Positions 29,596 through 39,297 of a DNA stretch of 64,000 bases are shown in pieces (position 1 is the first letter of the stretch; every line of letters begins with the position of its first letter). The DNA comes from Acholeplasmataceae bacterium. GTDB taxonomy: Bacteria > Bacillota_I > Bacilli_A > ML615J-28 > CAG-698. Made by a program: the position numbers and the translations under genes. Location: NCBI GenBank assembly GCA_012838705.1, contig DUOT01000015.1:18367-82366 (forward strand), written 5' to 3'. The notes beneath the pieces are model-generated. The model was not told the origin of the DNA, searched no databases, and saw only the letters and a program-made list of their open reading frames with translations.

Positions 29596-31157
29596 AATTT
29601 TATTGGGAGTTTCCCCTTAGGCTCAATTTCGCCTTTTAAATACTTAACTATAGTTCTTACAGAATTAGGTGTATATTCATATAAACAAGCATAGTTTTCC
29701 GCATTTCTAATAAATAACAAATCATATGGATTTCTCGTGGAAAGGATAAATGTCTTTTTAGCCCTTTTAATAATCATATTAATCATTTCTGCTTGTTTTT
29801 CAAAATTTGAAGCATTGTAACTACATACGACTACTTGATCATATTGATCTAATTTTTCTAAAAGACTTAAATCAATATCTTTCATTGGCATTTCTAATGT
29901 ATCGATTTCTGGAACTTCTCTTTTAACTGCATCGATAATATTTCTTGTATCAAGTTCATCTTCCACAATCGTTGTTGCATACGGGATTGTTGCTAATAGA
30001 AGTGTTTTTCCTTCTAATTTTAACTTTTCACCCTTAACAATAGTTAGTGAATCATCAACTACTTTTTGAGCAAACTCCTTATTTTCAGGTTCTTCAAAAT
30101 ATTTTAAATTTTCTTTATTATCAAAGAAATATTCTTTAATTGTCTTATATGTTTTTTCTTTATATTTTAAAATTCTTTCAACTTTTTGATCAATTTCTTC
30201 CATCGAAATTTTACCAAGATTAATTAAGTTTTCTATTTCTTTTAAAGCCCCGATTTGTTTTTCTAATGTATGTGATACAAATACCATATCTAGTCCAGCA
30301 TGAATACCTAAAGCTACTCCTTTAGCGGTTGTATAATGATCATCAATAGCTTTCATTTCCATACAATCACTAACGATTAGTCCCTCAAATCCTAACTCTT
30401 CCCTCAACAAATCAGTCATTACCTTACGAGAAATAGTTGCTGGAATGTTTTCTTCTTCATATGCCTTAAAGACAATATGAGCACTCATAATTGCATCAAC
30501 ACCACTAGCAATAGCTTTTTTAAACGGATATAGCTCAACTGTATTTAATCTTTCTTTATCATGTTCTACAATCGGTAGTCCTAAGTGACTATCCACTTCA
30601 ACATCTCCATGACCTGGGAAATGTTTTGCTGTTGCGATTATCCCTTGTGATTGTAATCCTTTAATAAAGTTTACACCTAACTGGCTTACAAGTTCAGGAT
30701 CATCGCTATAACTACGAACACCAATAACAGGGTTTTTTGGATTGTTATTGACATCTAATGATGGTGCTAAGTTCATATTGATGCCTAGCCTAGATAGTTC
30801 CTTACCCATTATTTCCCCTACTTTATAACTATTTTCGGGGTTTGTTGCAGCTAAAGTCATATTTCCAGGACAGAATGTAGCACCACTCATAATTCTTGTA
30901 ACAATTCCACCCTCTTGGTCAATTGCAATTAGTGGCATTAAACCAGTATTCTTTATTATTTCTTCGTGTAATGTTCGATTTAATTCACTTAACTGTTTAA
31001 TATTTTTTATATTACGAGCAAATAAAATTATATTTCCTACTTTATAATCCTCTACAAGTGTTCTAATATGATCATTATATTCATGACCACTAAAACCAAC
31101 AAATAGTAATTGCCCTAACTTTTCTTTTAATGTCATATCTTTTAGTTTTTTCATCAT
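29592..31157 (-). CDS. nagZ: glycoside hydrolase family 3 beta-N-acetylhexosaminidase (NagZ-like), copy 1
   Basis: The GH3 N-terminal domain is present: …KLGQLLFVGFSG…, …IDQEGGIVTR…, and the KHFPGHG motif. Confidence 0.8.
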   Translation of the reverse strand: MMKKLKDMTLKEKLGQLLFVGFSGHEYNDHIRTLVEDYKVGNIILFARNIKNIKQLSELNRTLHEEIIKNTGLMPLIAIDQEGGIVTRIMSGATFCPGNMTLAATNPENSYKVGEIMGKELSRLGINMNLAPSLDVNNNPKNPVIGVRSYSDDPELVSQLGVNFIKGLQSQGIIATAKHFPGHGDVEVDSHLGLPIVEHDKERLNTVELYPFKKAIASGVDAIMSAHIVFKAYEEENIPATISRKVMTDLLREELGFEGLIVSDCMEMKAIDDHYTTAKGVALGIHAGLDMVFVSHTLEKQIGALKEIENLINLGKISMEEIDQKVERILKYKEKTYKTIKEYFFDNKENLKYFEEPENKEFAQKVVDDSLTIVKGEKLKLEGKTLLLATIPYATTIVEDELDTRNIIDAVKREVPEIDTLEMPMKDIDLSLLEKLDQYDQVVVCSYNASNFEKQAEMINMIIKRAKKTFILSTRNPYDLLFIRNAENYACLYEYTPNSVRTIVKYLKGEIEPKGKLPIKL

Positions 31158-31163
31158 GCACCT

Positions 31164-32312
31164 CTAATATATTAAATATTTTTCTCTTATTCTAGCAAAC
31201 TCTTTTGTATCTTTTTCTAATATTTCAAATTGCTTATCTAATGAATACTTTTTATTTGTAATATAATCACAACCAGTATTGTATTCAAGCATTCTCTTTC
31301 CGCCTTCACGATAAGGTTTATTTACCTCAAATCCTTCATAAGTACGTATTACATCAAGCATTGCCCAACCTGTATGAACTGGCTGAAAATCTTTTCTTGA
31401 AAGTACATGAACTTGAACTCCTCCACATAATACTCCTGCATGTTTTGAGAATGTTGGTGTGAAATATAATGGTCTAAAATATACACCTTTTAAACCTAAA
31501 GAATTTAACTTATTTGCTAAGTCTGTAGGATTAATAAATGGTGCACCAACAAGTTCAAATGGTTGCGTAGTACCTCTTCCTTCTGATACATTAGTACCTT
31601 CAAAAATACATGTTGCATTATATAAAACCCCAGTTTCTACTGTTGGGAAATTTGGTGACGGCGCTACCCATAATAAACCAAGTTCATCATAATATTTATT
31701 CCTGTCCCAACCTTCCATTGGGATAATTTGTAAATCACAATCAATACTATATTCTTTATTAAAAAGTAGTGCAAGTTCCGCAATCGTCATTCCATGTCTT
31801 TGAATAATTGGATAATATCCAATAAATGAACGAAACTCAAGATCTAAAATATTACCATCTAAATCAACACCATTAACAGGATTAGGACGATCAAAAACAA
31901 CAAATTTTTTATTATACTCTTTACATGCTGCCATCGCATAAGCCATTGTATAAATGTATGTATAAAATCTTGAACCAGCATCTTGAATATCAATGCATAA
32001 AATATCAACATTATCAAGCATTTCTTTAGTAGGTCTTCTCGTATCACCATATAAACTATAAACAATTACACCTGTTTCCTCATCAACATATGTGTCAAGC
32101 TTTTCTCCTGCTTGTACATTACCTCTAACACCATGCTCTGGAGAAAATAGTGCAACTAAATTCACTTTTTCATGCAAAACTTCAATAGTTGATCTAAATT
32201 CACTATTAATTCCTGTTGGATTAGTAATTAATCCGACACGCTTTCCATTAAATAAATGTAAATATTTTTCAATATTATCAATCCCTAATCTCATTTTCTT
32301 TCTCTCCTTCAT
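31164..32312 (-). CDS. DUF1343-family protein (NamZ/YbbC-like exo-beta-N-acetylmuramidase candidate)
   Basis: …GKRVGLITNPTGIN… is the typical DUF1343 N-terminal motif. It lies directly upstream of nagZ, as the B. subtilis ybbC-ybbD pair does. No signal peptide is evident. Confidence 0.6.
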   Translation of the reverse strand: MKERKKMRLGIDNIEKYLHLFNGKRVGLITNPTGINSEFRSTIEVLHEKVNLVALFSPEHGVRGNVQAGEKLDTYVDEETGVIVYSLYGDTRRPTKEMLDNVDILCIDIQDAGSRFYTYIYTMAYAMAACKEYNKKFVVFDRPNPVNGVDLDGNILDLEFRSFIGYYPIIQRHGMTIAELALLFNKEYSIDCDLQIIPMEGWDRNKYYDELGLLWVAPSPNFPTVETGVLYNATCIFEGTNVSEGRGTTQPFELVGAPFINPTDLANKLNSLGLKGVYFRPLYFTPTFSKHAGVLCGGVQVHVLSRKDFQPVHTGWAMLDVIRTYEGFEVNKPYREGGKRMLEYNTGCDYITNKKYSLDKQFEILEKDTKEFARIREKYLIY

Positions 32313-32964
32313 TTTGTTTTGATTGATTTATTATTTTCCAATAAGTTGATCGTGAAATTTTATAATTAAAATATAAACTAAGACTAATACCAAAAAATAT
32401 ACACATTGGTCTCATAAACTCAAAGTATAATAATATAAAAAATACAATCCATGGTATTAGATTAAGAAAACTATTACCTAAATATTTAAAACTAACATAT
32501 ATAGCAAATCTAAGATTATCAAAGGTTCTAAAATAAAAGTATGAATATACTATTGGTAATTGAATAAAAACTATAATAATAATAATTAAACTAAAGAGTG
32601 AAATATATCTACCGATGCTAAAGATTGTAATCCATGTAGGTGATGTATTTTCATCCATATTTAATATATTTTCATAGTAAAACATTAATGCAAAACTGAA
32701 AATCACAACAAGAACTATAATAATTACTCCGATTATTACTGATCTTTTAAAACAATCTCTAAAATTTTGAAAATATAATTTAAAAACACCTATATTTGAA
32801 CCATCCTTATAGTCTTTAATTGATTGAAAACAAGCAGTAAAACTTGTAAGGATAGTAATAATTCCTAATGACGTAAATAACGTAAGAATATTTAAAATAA
32901 ATAATTTGAAAAGCCAATCAAAAAAATGAAAGACTTTATTACTAACGACTTTATCCACATCCAT
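32278..32964 (-). CDS. YesL-like (DUF624) integral membrane protein associated with sugar ABC transport loci
   Basis: A polytopic 228-aa membrane protein, …FFDWLFKLFILNILTLFTSLGIITILTS…. It is the first gene of the MurNAc operon and has its own promoter. Confidence 0.55.
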   Translation of the reverse strand: MDVDKVVSNKVFHFFDWLFKLFILNILTLFTSLGIITILTSFTACFQSIKDYKDGSNIGVFKLYFQNFRDCFKRSVIIGVIIIVLVVIFSFALMFYYENILNMDENTSPTWITIFSIGRYISLFSLIIIIIVFIQLPIVYSYFYFRTFDNLRFAIYVSFKYLGNSFLNLIPWIVFFILLYFEFMRPMCIFFGISLSLYFNYKISRSTYWKIINQSKQNEGEKENEIRD

Positions 32965-32985
32965 ATATGCCGAGCCTCCACTTGC

Positions 32986-33018
32986 CTATTATACCATATT
33001 GACTACAAAATAACAACA
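32986..33018 (-). promoter_or_regulatory. candidate sigma-A promoter for the yesL…murQ operon
   Basis: Read on the minus strand it is TTGTTA-17 nt-TATAAT with an extended TG (TGgTATAAT), about 22 nt upstream of the yesL ATG and just after the terminator at 33027-33062. Confidence 0.5.
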
Positions 33019-33026
33019 TTCAGAAA

Positions 33027-33062
33027 ACAAAAAAAAGACTAACTCAAAATGAGTTAGTCTTA
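33027..33062 (-). terminator. strong intrinsic terminator after the lipoprotein SBP gene
   Basis: The hairpin AGACTAACTC-AAAAT-GAGTTAGTCT (33036-33060) is followed on the minus strand by a T8 run. Confidence 0.85.
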
Positions 33063-33073
33063 AAAGCAAGTTA

Positions 33074-34741
33074 TTAAGAATAAGCACTAGTTAGATTTTC
33101 TTGTAAGTATTGTCTGTGAGTTGCAACAACTTCTTGATATGTTTCAATATCACCTTGAACATATTGACGCATTGCAACTGGGAAGTCACCTGACCACATG
33201 TTAGTGATAGCATTTGTAGGTAGTGACATTGGATCGAAGAATCCTGTTACTTTAAATCTATCAGACATATATAGTAACGCTTCAACACTTTCATCAGATT
33301 CTGTGTATCTTTGTGCGAATGCTAATCTTTGCGCTTCTTCATCTTCACTTGGCATTTGTTCTAAGAATTCCTTAGTCTTATGGAATGTAGTAACGAATGC
33401 TAAGTATACATTTTCAGATGTACATTCAGGACCATAAGCTGAGTAATCGCGACCAATTGGCATTGCATATGTTGCTGTACCACCGGCAGCTACACCTTGT
33501 TGTTCTTTAGAAATGTCATCTGGACGTGGCCATGGAACATAACCATATTTAGTTTCTTCAGGAGTTCCCCATAAATCTTCTGGCCAACGAGTTGCATTGT
33601 TAACAAACCATAAGTCGCCAGCTGCAAATAATGCTCTTTGGTCGTTCCAAGCTGTCATATATTGCTCAACCATGAAGTTAGGATCGAATGCACCATCATC
33701 AAAAACTTCTCTTAAGATTTCTGCAGCTTCAACAGCATATGGATGATCAATATTAAGTTTTAATGTTGCAGGTTCTGCAGCAGCTACTCCACCAGCATTT
33801 AGCATACCAATCCAATAATATGCAGGGTTACCAGTTAGAGCATATTCACTGTCGCCTAAACGTCCTTGTACGTCTAGAACATATTTTTTGAATTCAGAAT
33901 ACGTCCAATTGCCTTCGTTGAAAATTTGAGCAGGTTCTTTAATACCTAATTTTTCAACCATACCAATGTTATAATACAATACGTTATAAATACCAGCAGT
34001 TCCTTCAGTCATTGAATATAAGCCACCTTTATAGCTTCCTGATTGAAGATATACTGGGTCCATATAATCATTACCATAAGCAGCATACCAGTTACTTACG
34101 TCGATTAATACGTTACCTTCAACTAGCATTCCGATGCGGTCATCAGGAATAACGATAATATCATAATCTGATACGTTACGAGCTGCTTGTGCAATTAGGT
34201 AATCCCATCTTGGTGGTCCCCATGCATATTCTTGAGGATAAGCAACTACTTTAATTTCACAGTTAAAGTTTTCTTTTACAAAGTTCCATGCTTGTTGTTT
34301 AGCTTCCTTATTTGTTTGATTATAATCTTCATGGAAAGGATCTATTTCATAAATAGCTGTATCAGATTGAGCAATTACAATCTCAAGTCCACCTAAATCA
34401 GGATAGTCAACTGCTTCAGCTTGAACTGTAATACTAATTCGTCCTTCAACTTCTTCATCAGCAGTTGAAGTAGCATAAATTAGTGTTGTACCAGCAGAAA
34501 CTGCAGTTACTAAACCATTTTCATCAACAGATGCAATACTATCAATAGCAGAACGCCATGTAACGCTTTGATCAACCTTTGCAGGTTTAACAGTTGCTGT
34601 TAATTGAACAGTTTCCCCAACTGCTAGAGTTGTTTTATTGCCTGCAGCAGTAATTTCTACAGATTCTGGCCCTTTGCTTTGACAACCAACTAAAACAACT
34701 GCAAAAGCAAACATTAGCAAAAATGCTAATAATTTCTTCAT
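33074..34741 (-). CDS. lipoprotein: N-terminal Big_2 domain + extracellular solute-binding protein (sugar ABC transporter SBP)
   Basis: It has a signal peptide and lipobox (VLVGC|QS) and a Big_2-like segment (…TLAVGETVQLTATVKPAKVDQSVTWRSAIDSIASVDENGLVTAV…). A roughly 400-aa SBP-like body follows. It is monocistronic, with its own promoter region and terminator. Confidence 0.6.
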   Translation of the reverse strand: MKKLLAFLLMFAFAVVLVGCQSKGPESVEITAAGNKTTLAVGETVQLTATVKPAKVDQSVTWRSAIDSIASVDENGLVTAVSAGTTLIYATSTADEEVEGRISITVQAEAVDYPDLGGLEIVIAQSDTAIYEIDPFHEDYNQTNKEAKQQAWNFVKENFNCEIKVVAYPQEYAWGPPRWDYLIAQAARNVSDYDIIVIPDDRIGMLVEGNVLIDVSNWYAAYGNDYMDPVYLQSGSYKGGLYSMTEGTAGIYNVLYYNIGMVEKLGIKEPAQIFNEGNWTYSEFKKYVLDVQGRLGDSEYALTGNPAYYWIGMLNAGGVAAAEPATLKLNIDHPYAVEAAEILREVFDDGAFDPNFMVEQYMTAWNDQRALFAAGDLWFVNNATRWPEDLWGTPEETKYGYVPWPRPDDISKEQQGVAAGGTATYAMPIGRDYSAYGPECTSENVYLAFVTTFHKTKEFLEQMPSEDEEAQRLAFAQRYTESDESVEALLYMSDRFKVTGFFDPMSLPTNAITNMWSGDFPVAMRQYVQGDIETYQEVVATHRQYLQENLTSAYS

Positions 34742-34828
34742 TTTTTCTTTCCTCCTCGAAAAATTTTTTGTTAGTTTGTTTATATCACTTTAGAGTAATG
34801 ACTCATAAAGCCCCTAAATAAACATGTT

Positions 34829-34842
34829 TGAAAATGTTTACA
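34829..34842. promoter_or_regulatory. cre-like (CcpA) site upstream of the SBP gene
   Basis: TGAAAATGTTTACA matches the cre consensus TGWAANCGNTNWCA at 13 of 14 positions, with the central C replaced by T. The palindrome AAACATGTTT lies adjacent at 34820-34829. Confidence 0.3.
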
Positions 34843-34946
34843 CTACAATTATACACTATATTTTTCTATTTTGCAAGACTTTTTCTACTGATTTTTTGTC
34901 TTTGGCACAAAATAAATGCCTTGATTTTTCAATCAATTAATTTTAA

Positions 34947-35669
34947 TTATAATAAAGAAGCAGCTTCCTCATCAATTATTACAGTTACATTCGGATGATT
35001 TTTCAATGCGGAAGCAGGAAAATCTTCTGTAACTTCACCATTGATTAATTTATTTATTGCGTCAGCTTTATTTTTTCCATTAGCAATCAGAACAATTGCC
35101 TTAGCATCTAAAATATTTTTTATCCCCATAGTTATTGCATATTTTGGAACTTCATCAATGGAATTAAAGAATCGTTTATTATCTTCTCTTGTCTTTTCCG
35201 CAAGTTCTATAATTGATGTTTGACTTGTAAATGATGTTCCAGGTTCATTAAATCCTATATGACCATTAGCTCCTATTCCTAATAGTTGTAAATCAATTTT
35301 ATTTGCGTTTAATACATTATTATATCTTTCGCATTCTTTTTCTAAATCCTCTACTTCAGAATTAGGAATATTAATATTTTCTGGAGATACATCAACATGG
35401 TCAAATAGATTACGATGCATGAAACTAAAGTAACTTTGCTCATGGTTTCGTGGTAACTCGCAATACTCATCTAAATTATAAGTCTTAACATTTTTAAATG
35501 ATATTTCCCCTTTTTTATAACTTTCAATTAATTTTTCATATAATCCTAGTGGACTACTTCCAGTAGCTAAACCTAAGTTGCAATCCGGTTTTTCTTTAAT
35601 TAAATCAATAAAGATTTTACTTGCTACTTCACTTAATTCTTGATAATCTTTAACTTTAATTACTTTCAT
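34947..35669 (-). CDS. nagB: glucosamine-6-phosphate deaminase
   Basis: …NLGLATGSSPLGLYEKLIE…KTYNLDEY… is the NagB signature. It is 240 aa. Confidence 0.9.
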   Translation of the reverse strand: MKVIKVKDYQELSEVASKIFIDLIKEKPDCNLGLATGSSPLGLYEKLIESYKKGEISFKNVKTYNLDEYCELPRNHEQSYFSFMHRNLFDHVDVSPENINIPNSEVEDLEKECERYNNVLNANKIDLQLLGIGANGHIGFNEPGTSFTSQTSIIELAEKTREDNKRFFNSIDEVPKYAITMGIKNILDAKAIVLIANGKNKADAINKLINGEVTEDFPASALKNHPNVTVIIDEEAASLL

Positions 35670-35673
35670 TTTC

Positions 35674-37173
35674 TCACTCCTCTAGTATAATTGGCAATTT
35701 CCCTAAAAAATTATTATCAAGTAATTTTTTACTTAATGCTTCTAATACTTCTTTTGTACAATCATAAGTACAAATATAAGTATTTGGTCCTTTACAAAGA
35801 TTAATATCATAAGGTGAACGTAAAGCAATAAGTATTGTTTTTTCTTTATTTAATAATTTATAAACTTTTTCTTGATAATCATCTTTCTTAACGTTGTAAT
35901 TTGCCATTATTATTTTATCATACTCGCTTTCATTTTGCACTATCATTTCTAAATTCATATTATCTTCACTAATGATAATTTCCGGATAATTAAGATATTT
36001 ACCAAGCGTTTCAGTAGTATTATTTTCATTATCAACAAGACTTGCTAGCATAATTTTAGGAAAAATGATTAATACTTTTTCATCATTAGCAAGTGGTAAT
36101 AAATTGCCGAATACTTTTGTAATACTTTTATCTATTAATGTTTCTGATAAATTTGTTTTAGATGTTATTATAGGCTCACCCTTGCAATATTTTTCTTTTA
36201 ATGCAAGAATTTTCTTTACGCTTTCGTCAATTCTAGATTCGCTTATTTTTCCTTCTTTAACTAAACTATAAAAAGTATTTATTATTTCTTTTTGTTCTTC
36301 TAAATCAGCTTTCCCGCAAAAAACTAAAATATCATTTCCTGCATTAACTCCATATTCAATAATTTCCGCGATCGAATATGTTTTCCAAATCGCTCCCATT
36401 GTTAAGGAATCTGTTGTTATTAACCCTTTAAAACCTAATTTTTCTTTTAATAGTTTTGTTATTACATTATAAGATAGTGATGATGGAAGTTTGTCATCTA
36501 GTTTTGAATACAAAACATGCGACATCATAATTCCATCAATATCACTATTTATCGCCTTGATAAATGGGATTAATTCTAGATTGAATATTTCTTCTTCGGT
36601 TTTTGTTACGACAGGGAGGCCAAGATGACTATCAACATTTGTATCGCCATGACCAGGAAAATGTTTAGCTGTTGGCAACATTTTCGCATCCTGAATTCCT
36701 TTAAAAGCTTCTAATACGCATTTTGCAACAAAATTAGGGTCATCACCATAACTTCGAGAGTTAATGACAGGATTTAAAGGATTATTATTAACATCAGCAA
36801 CTGGTGCATAATTAATATTAAAACCTAAAGACTTTAAGTCACAAGCAGTTTTATAATTAATATGATAAATATTTTCTATTTCATTAGTTGCTGCTAGACT
36901 CATTGCTCCTGGTAAATATGTAATATCATTCATTATTCTTCTAACCATTCCGCCTTCTTGATCTAAACTAATAAATACCGGAATATCTGAATGATTTTGG
37001 ATATCATCATTTAATTTTTTCACTTGTTCATTAGATGAAATGTTACGTGCAAAATGAACAATTCCCCCAACTTTATACTCTGTAATTAGAGTTTTAAGTT
37101 GATTGTTGAAATGTTGTCCATGAAAGGCAAAACATAACATTTGCCCGATTTTTTCTTTTAAATTCATATCCAC
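35674..37173 (-). CDS. glycoside hydrolase family 3 beta-N-acetylhexosaminidase, copy 2
   Basis: It has the GH3 N-terminal domain with KHFPGHGDT and …LDQEGGMVRR…. It is a paralog of the 29592-31157 gene. Confidence 0.8.
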   Translation of the reverse strand: MDMNLKEKIGQMLCFAFHGQHFNNQLKTLITEYKVGGIVHFARNISSNEQVKKLNDDIQNHSDIPVFISLDQEGGMVRRIMNDITYLPGAMSLAATNEIENIYHINYKTACDLKSLGFNINYAPVADVNNNPLNPVINSRSYGDDPNFVAKCVLEAFKGIQDAKMLPTAKHFPGHGDTNVDSHLGLPVVTKTEEEIFNLELIPFIKAINSDIDGIMMSHVLYSKLDDKLPSSLSYNVITKLLKEKLGFKGLITTDSLTMGAIWKTYSIAEIIEYGVNAGNDILVFCGKADLEEQKEIINTFYSLVKEGKISESRIDESVKKILALKEKYCKGEPIITSKTNLSETLIDKSITKVFGNLLPLANDEKVLIIFPKIMLASLVDNENNTTETLGKYLNYPEIIISEDNMNLEMIVQNESEYDKIIMANYNVKKDDYQEKVYKLLNKEKTILIALRSPYDINLCKGPNTYICTYDCTKEVLEALSKKLLDNNFLGKLPIILEE

Positions 37174-37213
37174 CTCAAAAGAAAGATGTCACTATATAGT
37201 GACATCTAATTTT

Positions 37214-38254
37214 TTACATACCTGTTAGTCCCGTTCTTTCAATACTTTCTACAAATGCTTTTTGCACCCAGAAATATGCTATTAATAATGGTAACATCAT
37301 TAATAAAGCTGATGTATTAGCAAGTAAAGCATGGAACATTGGGTCTTCACCAATATCGTCACCATATTCCACAAATATCTCAGGGAATGATGTTCGGAGA
37401 GTTGCCGAAACATTTCCTTTGATTGTTGAAATTTTATAAGATAATAAGGAATGATGTGATTGATATCTAAATAAATTTGCCCAATAATAATCATTATATT
37501 GCCATACGAAAGCAAATAACGATACAGTAACTATTGCACCACGTGCATTTGGTAGCATAACACTCCAAAATGTACGAATAACGCCGGCACCATCAATTTC
37601 CGCAGATTCTTCTAATTCTACTGGAATATTCCTAAAGAATTGTCTAAATAAGAATATAAAGATAGCAGATCTTAATCCCATACCAAATGCAGACATAATG
37701 TAGATTGCAAAAGTATGAGCTAGTAATTGAATACCAAAGAATTTATTATAGTTAAAGAATAAGAATCTAGCTAAGTTCAATGTTTCATTAGGAACAACTA
37801 GTGTGAAAATAATTAAGAAGAATATAATATTATTTCCACGGAAACGAAGACGTGCAAATGCATAACCAGCAACAGCAGTAGCAAATACTTGCACAACCAT
37901 CGATACTCCAGCTAATACTACTGAATTCTTTAATGATTCAAAGTAATTCAAGTAGTTCATTGCAATTGTAATATTATCAGTACTGAAAATATCTGGAATC
38001 CAAATTACTTGTGGATTTGTAATGTCGAATGGTGAACGGAATGCAAATGATATTTTTTGAATTATTGGTAATAAAATAACAAATGCAAGACCAATTAGAA
38101 TAAATGTTCTAAAGAATATAGTAACAACTCTACCGATTTTACGGTTACGAACTCTTTTCTTAACTGGATCTTTCCAATCTTCTTTAAATTGAGCCCATCT
38201 TTGCTTTAATTGAGCAAGGAACGGTTCCTTTTGTCTTACTTCTTTATTCGTCAT
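37214..38254 (-). CDS. carbohydrate ABC transporter permease (MalG/CUT1 type)
   Basis: It has six predicted TM helices and the EAA-like loop …ELEESAEIDGAGVIRTFWSVMLP…. Confidence 0.8.
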   Translation of the reverse strand: MTNKEVRQKEPFLAQLKQRWAQFKEDWKDPVKKRVRNRKIGRVVTIFFRTFILIGLAFVILLPIIQKISFAFRSPFDITNPQVIWIPDIFSTDNITIAMNYLNYFESLKNSVVLAGVSMVVQVFATAVAGYAFARLRFRGNNIIFFLIIFTLVVPNETLNLARFLFFNYNKFFGIQLLAHTFAIYIMSAFGMGLRSAIFIFLFRQFFRNIPVELEESAEIDGAGVIRTFWSVMLPNARGAIVTVSLFAFVWQYNDYYWANLFRYQSHHSLLSYKISTIKGNVSATLRTSFPEIFVEYGDDIGEDPMFHALLANTSALLMMLPLLIAYFWVQKAFVESIERTGLTGM

Positions 38255-39296
38255 AGTAGAACACCATCCTTGAGAGTATTAATAAGGTTAGACCCAATAT
38301 TGCTAAGCTTACCAAAGCAAATATCCATGACATCGCAGCATTTATTCCATATCCACTCAATTCCCCAAATCGTGCACTAGAGAATTTATCAGGAGTATAG
38401 AATGTATTAATAATTGAAATTAATGGAGATGTCAAGAACGAGTCAACAACTGTATATACAGCAGCAGTTAACATCATTGGCGACACCATTGGGAAGGTTA
38501 TCTTCCAGAACATTTCGTACTTTGTCGCACCTTCAATTTCTGCAGCTTCGTATAAATGTTTCGGTACAGATTGTAACGCAGCTAAGAAAATTAATATTTG
38601 AACACCAGAATAAGTAACAATTTCATAGATTTTTGCGGAAGCATTTCCTAAGAATCCAACAAGACCAACTGGAATATTTGCGTTGAGTAAGAAAGTTTCA
38701 AAGTTAAACATGCTTTCAAATAAATCCGCAGTACTATTTTGAATTACTAAGTCTAGTGCCTCACCTTCACTACCTAATGCAATATCAATTGCTTGTGAGT
38801 TAAAGATAACAGGCATGAAGAAGATTGCTCTTGCTAAAGCACGACCTTTAAATTTAGTATTTAATACAACTGCAATAATTAAGCTAAAGATAAGGATAAC
38901 TGGAATATCAGTAGCGATATCTATTATCGCAGTTACTAAGTGTTCCGTAAATGAACCATTAATATCAGCTGCTTCAGTAAAAGCATAAATATAATTTGAT
39001 AAGCCAATATAGGTAGATATAATACCACCTTCCGTAGGCTTGTTCTCTACAAATGATAAACTATAAATAATTGAATATCCGAAGGGGATTAAGAAGAAGT
39101 AAACAAAACCGATTAATAGAGGGATTAAAAATACAAATCCCCAGATGACTTTTCGTTTACGATATGGAATATGATCAGCTAAAAATTTTGGTATAAATGT
39201 TAGTCCGTCTTTAATTGCTCTCATTACTTTTGAGTCCATTATTTTGTAATATAGTTTTCTAATTTTTGATAGAATATTTCCAAAAAATTTAGTCAT
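38244..39296 (-). CDS. carbohydrate ABC transporter permease (MalF/CUT1 type)
   Basis: The EAA loop is …LYEAAEIEGATKYEMFWKITFP…, and the protein is polytopic. Confidence 0.8.
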   Translation of the reverse strand: MTKFFGNILSKIRKLYYKIMDSKVMRAIKDGLTFIPKFLADHIPYRKRKVIWGFVFLIPLLIGFVYFFLIPFGYSIIYSLSFVENKPTEGGIISTYIGLSNYIYAFTEAADINGSFTEHLVTAIIDIATDIPVILIFSLIIAVVLNTKFKGRALARAIFFMPVIFNSQAIDIALGSEGEALDLVIQNSTADLFESMFNFETFLLNANIPVGLVGFLGNASAKIYEIVTYSGVQILIFLAALQSVPKHLYEAAEIEGATKYEMFWKITFPMVSPMMLTAAVYTVVDSFLTSPLISIINTFYTPDKFSSARFGELSGYGINAAMSWIFALVSLAILGLTLLILSRMVFYYDE

Positions 39297-39297
39297 C

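Noticed and set aside
34888-34912. TGGCAC…TGC sequence resembling a sigma-54 -24/-12 promoter upstream of the SBP gene
   Set aside because: The GG-to-GC spacing is 12 rather than 10 nt. It is on the wrong strand for the downstream gene. No sigma-54 activator gene is nearby.
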